DNA of 64,000 nucleotides from the human T2T-CHM13v2.0 reference genome, Homo sapiens. The DNA is taken from assembly GCF_009914755.1 (NCBI RefSeq), contig NC_060937.1; one strand, 5' to 3'. Each line of letters opens with the position of its first letter. The stretch's first letter is position 1. Shown here in pieces: positions 51,086 to 64,000 of this stretch. A model generated the notes under the pieces. It did not search any database, was not told where the DNA came from, and saw only the letters and a list, made by a program, of their open reading frames with translations. The position numbers and the translations under genes were made by a program.

Positions 51086-51875
51086 GTTTTTATTAAACCC
51101 AAAAAGAAAAATGTGTCTGGCTGTCTTAAGGTCCAGGCTGCATGCTGACCATGTCACCCCCACTTGGCCTTGTGTCTTGGGGAACGCAGTGCTTTGAGCA
51201 TTTTCAAGAGCAGTTTTTCCTGAAAGTCAGATCCCAGAGTGAGACTAGTCATCATCTTTTCTCAGATAATCAAATTATTTTTCACCAGGAAAAAGAAAGA
51301 TTTTATTTAGTATAAAACTAGCACGTTTATATGATTCACTTGAGAATAAGATTATTAAATTTACCCTTGAGACAGGAAGGAAAGTTTTAATGATATTTCA
51401 TGGAGGTTTCTTCCACATTATTAACAACATTCTGATTATTGGTGAATATTCCCATGGCTCACAAACACCTGTAAGTTAGATCTGCACGGACGGTGAGCAC
51501 AGGACTGTGGTTACCCCCTTAGCCAAGCAAACAACTTTTTTTTTTCAGGAGCTAATTTTTGTTCAGGTTGCATTTTCCCAGCGCAGCACTACAGATGGCA
51601 TCACCTTTCTGACAGCACCAGGCCCCACCCTGGCCTCCTAGCAAACTGAGGGCTGCCTAGGGTTCCAGTTCCCACTCACCTCCCTCCCCATGTCTAACCC
51701 CTGGCAGCCACTGTCTGTTCTCTGCCTCTGTGATTTTGTCATTTCAAGAATGCTTGATAAATGGAAACACACAGTATGTGAGCTTTGAGAGTGGCTTTCT
51801 TCACTCAGTCTAATTCCTTTCAGATCCTTCCAGGTTGTTGTGTGTATGAACGATGTTCACTTTGAAACTGTTTCA

Positions 51876-52173
<298 letters not shown>

Positions 52174-52563
52174 TCAGTGAAGTCAAGGCTGAAAGCCAGA
52201 GGAGAGCCTTCTTGTCTTCACCCTTGAATGAACACCTCTAGAATACTCCAGTTCTCTGGGGTTGCCTGGACCTCGGGGTGCACAAAGTACAGCCATGCGT
52301 CTTTTTGATAGGGCGTTGCTCATAGGAGTCCTCAGTCTTCAGTTGGCTTATTTTAGCAGTGGTGAATGGCCTGGTGTTTCCCCCGACCTGAGGTGGGGGA
52401 GCATTTGCTCCTGTGTTTAGCCTCACAGTGCTGTGGTGGGAATGAGGCGCTGTGTGCAGGAGCTACTTTCCCGGGAGCCTGGCATTTGTCATGTACTTCT
52501 AAGGTCAGGCTCCATGCTCCATCTGTGTATACAGGTATTGCCCTGGTAAGAAGCAGAATTGTC

Positions 52564-52868
52564 GGCCCGGTGCGGTGGCTCATGCCTATAATGCCAGCAC
52601 TTTGGGAGGCCAAGGCGGGTGGAACACCTGAGGTCAGGAGTTCGAGACCAGCCTGGCCAACATAGTGAAACCCCATCTCTACGGAAAATACAAAAATTAA
52701 GCGGGCATGGTGACACATGCCTGTAATCCCAGCTACTCAGGAGGCTGAGGCAGAAGCATCACTTGAACCCAGGAGGCAGAGGTTGCAGCGAGCCCAGATT
52801 GCGCCATTGCACTCCAGCCTAGGCAACAAGAGTGTAACTTTGTCTCAGAAAAAAAAGAAAAACAAACA
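52564..52868 (+). mobile_element. AluS
   Basis: Full Alu. Confidence 0.95.
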
Positions 52869-53848
52869 GAGCTATGCGTGCTGGCTCCAGGCAGCCTGTC
52901 CAGGGGCCTGCTGAGCCTGTTCCCACCCCTCCCATTGGTCAGGTTCATACCAAGGAAAAGAAAATTAAGTTAAACCCCCTGGTGGTAAGCAGATGTGGGC
53001 TTCCACACACAGTCCAGGAGGAGGTAGAGGTGAGCTGGTGAATCCTGGAGAAGGAGCGCATGAGATGTACCCACATGGTCGTCCTTGCAGCCCACACTTG
53101 GGCTCCTGGTGGCTGTTGGAGGCTAAGGCTGCAGCTCTGCAGGGAGAATAGGCAGGGAGCGGGAGGCGCGTGGAGCAGGAGGCTCACGGAAGCTGGAAGC
53201 CGCCTTCCTCCTCTGCCACCCCTTCAGTGCTGGGGCAGGGCTGGTGGCCCCATCAGGAGGAATTGTGCTGCTGTCGCTGCTGACACTAGCCTTCAGGGCC
53301 ACTCTATGCTTCCCTGGCTGTTGCCTTCTTCAGGCCCTCAACAGCTGCCCTTCATGGACTTCATGGGTCATTTTTATTGCTTCACCTCCAGGAGTTTAAT
53401 AAAATGATGGGGTGATGTCTTCTAAAAAGGGACCAGTTCAGTCTCCCTGCTGGTACATGCTAGGCAGGGATAAGCCCCATGGAAATTGCTTACTACTCAC
53501 GTTAATAAGTTTTAGTTGGCAGATCTGAAACCATCTGTGAGGGTCCACATCTCATTTTGTTCACTTCCCAACTCAGAGGGGGACGTCATGATTGTACTGT
53601 TCCCACAGATTACATGTTCTTGTTTGAGCAATAACATTTGCCCAGATAACCAGTGTTTACATGGCTTTTTTAATTGCCTTAGAATGCCTGGTTTCTGAGA
53701 TAGTGCTGTGAAAAAAGGGCTGATTTTTAGCTGCCTAGTTGATTTTCTTTGGACAATTCATATCATCAAGTTCTAGAAATATAGGGAGATATTGACCCTT
53801 CTGTGTTGCTACCTCTTGGAAGAGTAACATGCCCTCTTATCCTGGCAG

Positions 53849-53977
53849 GACCGGCCAGCCTTGCAGCTGTATGATCCAGGAGCTCGCTTCCGAGCGCGAG
53901 AGTGTGGCGGAAACAGGAGGATCTGCAAGGCAGAAGGTTCGGGGACTGGTCCTGAGAAGAGGGAAGAGGCAGAGTGA
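53849..53977 (+). CDS. UPF3A: UPF3A exon 10 CDS (DRPALQLYDPGARFR...KREEAE*), EJC-binding motif
   Basis: ggcag| acceptor, TGA at 53975-53977; ten exons sum to 1431 nt (476 aa plus stop). Confidence 0.97.
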   Translation, partial: DRPALQLYDPGARFRARECGGNRRICKAEGSGTGPEKREEAE

Positions 53978-54839
53978 GTCACTGCACGCACCTGGCCTCC
54001 ATGGACGAGCAAGGGCATCCCAGAAACGTGTAAATGACCCCGAGTGTGACTGGGAAGGAGAACTTATTCCTTACCAGGAAACTGGAAGCTAAAAATACAG
54101 AGGGTGACGTAGAAACACGCAGAAACCATTCTAAAGAAAGTAGTGATCTTGTATTAAATTGAGCAGAATTCTCACAGATTTTACCATTCCTGTTATAAAC
54201 TAGTATTTGTTGTTTAGCCAAAACAGAAAATGATTTCCACTGGACAGTAGAAAAATATGTGTAAAATAGGGAAGAAAGTTAGTATTGGATCAGTGTGAGT
54301 CCTGAAGCACTTTCAGTGCTGTGAGAACGACATCCACTTTGGGTTTCATTCGTTTGTAAGCAGAGGAGCTGTCAGTCACTCGTGCTTCTCGGTGGCCTCT
54401 GAGCCATGGTGTCGAGTGAAGAGTAGTTCTTGTTTGTTACAACCTTTGTGAGTCAGCCATGCCCGCAAAGCGTGCTGTGTTTTAGTCCTGGTAGGAATAT
54501 TTATCAGAGTTCACACTATATAAAACCCAACAGCTTCAACTATTGCCCTTTCAACAGTTTTGCCACTGACCGGATAGAAACGGTTTCAGTCTCTGGATGG
54601 ATGTGTTTGTGGTTTGTAACCATTACGGTTTAAACCATGGTTTAAGAATTTGCCCAAATAACAGAAATTTTGTTCGGGAAGGGATAAACTAGATATAGCA
54701 TACAGAGCCTGTTTTTGAGTTTTAGATACTTTATTTGTAAATAACTTAAAATAGCTTTCTGAAACCGTGCATTCTGTAGTTTCTTCCTTTCAGTGAAATT
54801 GCTAAATGTCAATGTATTTTTGGCACTGCGATTTTAACC

Positions 54840-55012
54840 ATTTATTAAATAAAAATTTTGTTAAAGAAGTACTGAAATATTCTTTGAATCTGTGTCAGGG
54901 AAATTCTGATTTGTTAGTTCAAATGCCTGACAGCATAATCATACAGATCTTCTCTTGTCTTGGTTTGGATGACACTGAGCAGCTGTCAGAAACGTGCAAA
55001 AAATTCCAAAAG
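54840..55012 (+). pseudogene. Fossil exon of an FBXO36-like F-box gene
   Basis: Stop-free FVKEVLKYSLNLCQGNSDLLVQMPDSIIIQIFSCLGLDDTEQLSETCKKFQK (F-box pattern) ending at a phase-0 donor AAG|GTAAGG. Confidence 0.75.
54844..54853 (+). terminator. UPF3A poly(A) signal (overlapping ATTAAA and AATAAA)
   Basis: tttATTAAATAAAaatttt about 870 nt after the stop. Confidence 0.8.
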
Positions 55013-55074
55013 GTAAGGCCTTAAAATATTTTACTGGTAAATATTACACAGACTTTCAAAAGGACAGAGAATGA

Positions 55075-55662
<588 letters not shown>

Positions 55663-55671
55663 GAATACTAA

Positions 55672-56272
55672 ACACAATTCAGAAGAGCCACCCAGAGGGA
55701 GACAACAATGTCACAACTACTTGTGCCACACACACAGACTGTGCTCTTGTCTATTGGTTCTACTTGACATCAAAGGGAGGCTAGTTGTTTGTTTCATCAA
55801 TGAACCACAGCTGCAGGTGGATTTCCACACCAGGATGAATGAAGACTCAGACATCACCTTCCATTTCCAAGTGTTCTTTGGCCGTTGTGTGGTCATGAAC
55901 AGCGTGAGAATGGGGCCTGGAAGCCTGAGATGAAATCCAAAAATATGCCCTTTCAGAATGGCAAAGAATTTGACCTGAGCATCTTGGTGCTGGACAGTAA
56001 GTACCAGGTAATGGTCGATGGCCAATGCTTTTAGAGCTTTGACCATCGAATCCCGCCTGAGTCTGTGAAGATGGTGCAAGTGTGGAGAGATGTCTCCCTG
56101 ACCAAAGTGAGTGCCTGCAATTGAGGGTGATAACCAGACTTCCTGTTGACAAAGGAATCCGTTTCTGTGTGACCATGGGATTCCCAGAGCCAGCTAACAG
56201 CATAATTCCTCCTCACTTCAACCCTTACTCTTGCTCATTAAAACTTCGCCAAACTTAAAACAAACAAAAAAC
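55672..56272 (+). pseudogene. CLCP2: Processed pseudogene of Charcot-Leyden crystal protein/galectin-10 (CDS relic 55708-56124)
   Basis: Intronless [66 protein letters not shown] with frameshifts and a TAG; ATTAAA at 56237 and A-rich tail; symbol from remembered synteny. Confidence 0.9.
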
Positions 56273-56740
56273 ACTGGATTTTAAAAACACATACGCCCAT
56301 GCTTCTTCACAAGGGGAATATCTTATCTGTAAAATAAAGCCATATTCCCACTGGAAAGTCGGTGATCATTAAGAATTTCTAGATTGCTTAAATAACAGTA
56401 CCTTGCATTTATGAAGTTCTTTATGTTTCTCAGGCAGAATATTGATAGCTGATAAAACTGATGAGAGTCCATTATATTACCCTCTCTTCCTTGAATGTTT
56501 AAAATTTCTAGTAATAATGCATTAAAAAGAAAATTCATCTCGGATGGGGATGTATTTTCCCAGTTGGTTTATCTATCAGTGGATGAGTTGAATACCTTTT
56601 ACTAATAGAATAAGATAGTGTTGGACAATTCTACTCCAGTTTTTAATTTTATTAATATAACTACTGAGAAATCTTGCTCACACAGTAAAAAGGAAGAGAG
56701 GAGTTTTGTTAGGTTAACACCACTTAATTCTTTAATTTCT

Positions 56741-57068
<328 letters not shown>

Positions 57069-57760
57069 TTATCTATAATCAGTATTACTTCTAATGGTCT
57101 ACCATCTCATAATTGTTTCAATTTTATTGAAAGCTAACGATTGGGAATCACTTAACTTTTAAAAGGATTTATTATTCAATCACTAAAATCATCCAGTTTC
57201 TCTGTTTCTGAGAAGTAAATATAAAAGGTTTCCCAGGACTTACCAGCTAACTATTAATTACACCTGTTGCTTTTCCACTCTTGGAGAGAAAGAGCTCAAT
57301 CTGACATATTCAGAAAGGTTTGGGGGATTAGCAGTGATTTCAGCACATCTTTGTCAGTGCAATATTTTTATAAAGTGTTCAATGCATATTTGCCAAAGCC
57401 TTGGATTGCAGATTTAATTCATCCAATTTCTGGAAAATGTAGTAAAGTCAAGATTAAAATTATATAGAGCAAATAGTCTTTCTCATTACCTAATTTAAAT
57501 AATACAATATAATGTTTAGCTACATGTATGAGTTATTGGTGAGGCCAGCCGTGTGATAATGGGAGTTCTATTTCTTCAGTAAATATGTGTATGAATATGT
57601 AAAACTCTAGCATGGGGCTTTTGGGAATATTGAAAAGATTTTTTAAATTATAATTTTGTTTTACAACATGACCAAGTGTTTTACATGTATTTAAGAAAAC
57701 ATTAAAGTATATGCTGCTGAAAACTAATTGCATTTATCATTTAGTTTATAACTTTTCTAA

Positions 57761-58078
<318 letters not shown>

Positions 58079-58589
58079 AGAAATAAAATATTTAATTGGA
58101 TAAAGAATGACTGCAACTGGGAAACATTTGGTAGAAACAGGTTTTAACTATCTTAATGATTACTGCACACTTTATTAGGATGAAACCACATAAAAACTTA
58201 CCCTTAGGTTTTATAGGATGTATTTTGGAAACAGCCCCATTAGCAAATTGCTTAAACTTTGATATATGTTCCTTGTTCATTCTGTGTCTGAGTCATGTTT
58301 ATGGAGCTGGGGTCTTGCTGTGTTGCCCAGGCTGGAGGCCATTGACAATTTACGGGTGTGATCACAGTGCACTGCAGCCGCAAACTCCTGGCCTCAAGCA
58401 GTCCTCCCACCTCAGCCTCTCAAGTGCATGTTTTTGCCTTTCTGAAAATCATACTTTAAGCCCATCCCCTTACCTGTTTCCCCAAACTGTCTCTCAAATC
58501 TTTTATTCTTATTGGGTCCTGATACTCATCCTATGAAGTAAGTATTCTCTATTAATGGTCAGAGTTCTTGTTACTGTAATTAAATCAGT

Positions 58590-58845
58590 ATAAAATAATG
58601 GCATCTAACATTGATTCTGTTCAGTGTGCTAGCACTAAGTGCTCTGAACACTTCATGCTGTCTTATGCCAAAACAAGCTTATAAGGTGGGTACTATCGTT
58701 CCACTGCATGCAAACATATGAGAAAGTAGCCTTGCCCAAGTTCACATTCAAGCATGTGCACGCGCACACAGTAAGTTACAGAGGCAAATTCTAACATAGG
58801 TTGGTCTGACTTCACAGCCAAAGCTCTCAGCGACTGTGCCTGCCA
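58590..58845 (-). mobile_element. MIR fragment
   Basis: ggtgggtactatcgttccactgca..gtagccttgcccaagttcaca. Confidence 0.55.
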
Positions 58846-59916
58846 TTCCCAGAACAGGAGAAAGTATGTTTTCAACCAGCATTAAAGCTGTAGGTCTCTA
58901 GCGTTGCCAGTGCCTTACCTCAGCTTTAGTGATGGCAGGTGGTAGAAGTCCTTGCTCGGAGAGGGAGCCTGGCTGCACACCTGGTACACAATGCGGGGCA
59001 GGAGAGACCATGGGCTCTCTCTGCAGTTCTGCAACCACAAGCAGTATCCAGGGCCAGGCTGGTTTCTATGCTCACCACTCCTGCTTTTTTTTTTCTTCAA
59101 CCAGCAGAGCAGGTGACCATAGTTCTTGGGCAGCCTGCTTGAAACAAAGTGCCCTCTGCTGCTCTTTTCATGAAGAGTGTAGCAGGATTGATTGAGGCTG
59201 GCTTTGCACTTACACGGTAAACTGGCCATATGAGAACTTAGCTGCTCTGCCGGCCAGCACCAGGCTCCCAGTTGCCTTTCACTCGCTCACTGGCGCTCAA
59301 CTAGCATTGATTGAGTGCCTGCAATGCAGCAGTCAGTGCCCATTGCCACCCCTGGCAGCTGTGTGGACCTAGACTGCCCTTCAGCAAAGTCTGCTGCTCT
59401 GCCTGAGAGGAAAGGAAGAGCCCCATGCCCACCAGCAAAGGCTTCTGGGGCCTGGGCATCCTCTCCTCCCTCCAAAACTGGGGCTAGTGAATGGTTAAAA
59501 AAAAAAATTAAGAAAATATTAATGGACTTGATTCTAATTTTTATATTTGATTTTTATTTTTCAGTCCTATTTAAAAAAATGTCTAAAACTCGGAAATAAG
59601 GCAAAAAAGAGTGATTGCATGGCTGTGTCATGTCTGACAAGCTCCGATTATTTAACAGTTGACCCACATTTGTGCCCACACTGTGACATCACATGTTTCC
59701 TTACGGATTTTTGCCCAGTAGAGATGTGAGTGATTTCTATAACATGGCCTCAAAGGTGGCAGTTGTGCTTCCCTGTAGGATCCTAACCACTTTTGTTTCT
59801 AACTGGCCATTTGACTCCACTTTTTCTAGTGGCTGCACGTACTCAGCTTTATGAACCTTCTGAACTAGCTTCATCCTCCTCTGGATTCCCTCATGAATGA
59901 GTTAAATAAATCCTCT

Positions 59917-60191
<275 letters not shown>

Positions 60192-61529
60192 TTAACTTTT
60201 GAGAACTATACTTTGACATTCCCCAAAGCCCAGCAACAGAGCTAGATACTCAGGAGGAATTCCATTTTATCATACTTCCCATTAAGTAACTTATTTTAGT
60301 TCCCATTATTTTGCATTATTATAAATTAAGTAGAAATAGCAGAATAATTTGTCCTTTTTTATTATAAAGTAGCTAAGTTGATTATATTAGATCTAAATTA
60401 TAAGCTGGACTGCTTTTATTATTTCTCTTACAGGAAGCACTTAATAATTTATTTCTAATTTTTATTATGTTCCTTGTAATACATATTAATGCAGCAATTT
60501 GAATGGAAAAATTAAGTCTGACTTTCTGACAGAAAGCCAGTCTGATTTTGGCTGCTTCATTTGACAACATGATTCTGTGTAGGTTTTGAATATGTGCAGA
60601 TACTCAGCACTGTTATTCTTTATACACAGAAGACAAATGACAAAGTCCAGTGCCATCTCAGCTAATGAGTTTGCAGCTCCTCAAAGGCTGTCAGGCTGCC
60701 ACTTTCTACTGCAATTGTAGTTCACCTGCCTCTACCCATTCCCTGATTCAAGTCTGGTCCCTGGAACATAGTATAGGTTGAGAAAACATCAAAATAAACT
60801 GTTGAGAAGTATATGTTCAATAGATCCTTAAGTGAAATTTTGAAAGTCCATAAGGGTCTGGTTTTAGTACAGGATTTTATGAGAGTTATTTCTGCTTTCT
60901 TTGGTTACTTTAAAGTTTAGTGCAATATACTGGGAACCTTTCAAAAGGCCAAATTGGGAGTTTATTTGCATTATTCATCTTGAACTATTTAATATTCTAT
61001 AACTACAATAGCTTTTTTAACATGATTTCAATTCAGAATAATAGCAGAGGGTGTTTTGGTTTTTGTTATTTCGTCACCAAGAGTTGCCTTCTGCTAGAGT
61101 TTTGTTCAGTGTTCAATTGGAATAGGTCTCTTGGGATCATCAACTCATTCTGACACTTCAGGAAAAAACAACTGAAGCAGCCATTCAAATTAGGTCCTGC
61201 AGCCACAACGAACCTGTTTCATATTAAGAGTCAGGATCTCAAAAAGTTCTCAATCAGTAAATCTTTGCTATTCAGAGAAAATAAAAGATCCTCTCATTTC
61301 TGCATTTAACATTTACAGTTTACAAACTGTTTTCATTGGCTCTTTTAAAAGCTTGTAACTAGGTGGATACTTTTTAAAGAAATCTATTAAATTTAATGAA
61401 TCAATTTTGCTGCAAAAACAAAACTTAGAAAAATCCTAAAATATTTAATATTGATATTTGAATCCTAGAAATCAGAATCATTCCGGAAATTAACACAGGA
61501 TCCTAAATTTTGCATGAAAGGGAGGTAGA

Positions 61530-62539
<1,010 letters not shown>

Positions 62540-62540
<1 letters not shown>

Positions 62541-62834
62541 TTTATTTTTATTTTTTTGAGACAGAGTCTCACTCTCTCCCCCAGGCTGGAGTGCAGTGGC
62601 GCGATCTCGCTGTAACCTCCGCCTCCCCGGTTCTATGGGATTCTCCTGCCTCAGCCTCCCTAGTAGCTGGGGTTACACGCGCCCGCCACCACGCCTGGCT
62701 AATATTGTATTTTTAGCAGAGACAAGGTTTCACCAGGTTGGACAGGCTGGTCTCGAACTCCTGACCTCAGATGATTCACCTGCCTAGGCCTCTCAAAGTG
62801 CTGGGATTACAAGCGTGAGCCACCGCGCCCGGCC
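62540..62834 (-). mobile_element. AluS
   Basis: Antisense Alu. Confidence 0.93.
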
Positions 62835-63244
62835 ATTCTATAGTTCATTTTCACCACAAAAACAAAAATGAAATTCACAACAAGCAAAACTTCAGAAGGG
62901 TACAAAGGTAGAGAGCAGTGTGAGCTAATTTTACAGTCTTTCAAAGCATACAGACTGATGGCATCAGCATTAGAGGTGCATGCATTTTAATTAGAATTGT
63001 GGTGGTAACATTCATAAAACTGAAAACAAAAAACGAAGAAGATAACTTCTGGGAATCGGGACTTTCAGTGGAGGCGGGGTGATGAGAAAAGGAATATTTA
63101 CTGTCATCCAACAACTTTGTCTTGTACTTTTGTCATAGGTATTATGCCAGTAATATCCCTGAGAATGTATGGGGCAGGTCTAGCTCTTTTTTTCCTAATA
63201 AATTCATTCACACAACAATCAAAACAGCAAGAAAAGGAAGAGAT

Positions 63245-64000
63245 ATCCGCACGGCGGCGGCAGGCCGGGGCCGTTCCAAGGGCCTGGCCGGAGGCCACAG
63301 GCCAGACGCGGCGGAACCCTCCCGGAGCCGCGCCCGGGCGCGCGCGGGAAGCGGAGGCGGAGTGGGCACGTGCGGCACTTCCGGGGCGGGGCGGGCACGC
63401 AGCCCTTCCGAAGGCCCGCGCGAGCCGCTAGTTTTGCCCACGCACTTTTGGCACAGCCGCGCCACGCGATCGGCGATCTGATTGGCCCGCGCGGGAGGGC
63501 GCGCGGCGCCAAACTTGCTTCCCGTCAGCCCCCGCCCGTCCCGCGGGAGCGCGCACGCTCGCGCACCCGGATCCCGGCTCCTGCATCCAGTCGCCATTCG
63601 GGAGGCCGCTGCGCTGCAGGGCCTCGCGGAGCCGCCCGCGACCGCGAGCCGGGCCCTCCGCGCGGTCCATCGCCCACTGGACGCCGCCCGCGGCCGGACC
63701 GGTGAGGAGCGAGAGCGAGCGGGGGAGGGGCGTGGTTGGGGCCTGCATCCCCGAGCCCCGTGTCGGCCGCCGACCTGGCGGGGACGGTCCCGGGAAGCCG
63801 CGGGTCCGAGTGAAGGGGGCCTGCGCTGCCTCGCTTCCCACACGGCCCGAGGGAAGGGCCCGCCCCCACAGGCCGGGGCGGGAGTGCGTCTTTGTGCAGG
63901 GAGCGGGGAGGCCCGGTGTCAGTCGCTGCCGAGGCTGGAAACATTGCGTTTGAAACCATTGGGAAGTTGAGGGCGGCACAAGACGAAAGCCATTCTTTCT
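63245..64000 (+). promoter_or_regulatory. CHAMP1: CpG-island promoter and non-coding first exon (about 63560-63701, donor ccg|GTGAGG), attributed to CHAMP1
   Basis: CpG island with CACGTG 63367, ETS CACTTCCGG 63376, GC boxes 63383, ATTGG 63481 and YY1-like CGCCATT 63592; gene name from remembered synteny only. Confidence 0.75.

Noticed and set aside
54486-54582. Possible upstream FBXO36-like exon inside the UPF3A 3' UTR
   Set aside because: No convincing peptide similarity or exon length match.
57405-57500. tgcag|..NSSNFWKM as an alternative candidate for the exon following the F-box relic
   Set aside because: Only a short FW match, poor pyrimidine tract and immediate stops; not distinguishable from chance by eye.
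63139-63245. Acceptor-like ttttgtcatag followed by FFPNK resembling the FBXO36 C-terminal FFTNK
   Set aside because: Spacing does not fit and the match is too short.
63104-63979. Many 80-210 aa ORFs at the right end
   Set aside because: GC-rich promoter artefacts with no recognisable domain.

Overview
Human (primate) genomic DNA, rich in Alu, L1 and LTR repeats. The gene order CDC16-UPF3A-CHAMP1 places it at distal 13q34 (recognised from memory). The + strand carries the last six coding exons of CDC16 (APC6, stop 21503), all ten exons of UPF3A (30700-53977; 1431 nt, 476 aa) and a CpG-island promoter with a first exon attributed to CHAMP1. Also present: MIR4502 inside a Tigger1 fossil, a processed galectin-10/CLC pseudogene, three minisatellites (27, 43 and 32 bp units) and many transposon relics. 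Two observations are not explained by these features. (1) An apparently decayed five-exon gene lies on the minus strand between CDC16 and UPF3A (29677->26816), head-to-head with UPF3A. It has a Kozak ATG, phase-compatible splice sites and a poly(A) signal, but no recognisable family. (2) A fossil F-box exon resembling FBXO36 exon 3 (54840-55012) retains its donor site and contains UPF3A's poly(A) signal. Most other ORFs in the track are Alu or GC-content artefacts. Homology and repeat-family calls come from memory, not from searches.
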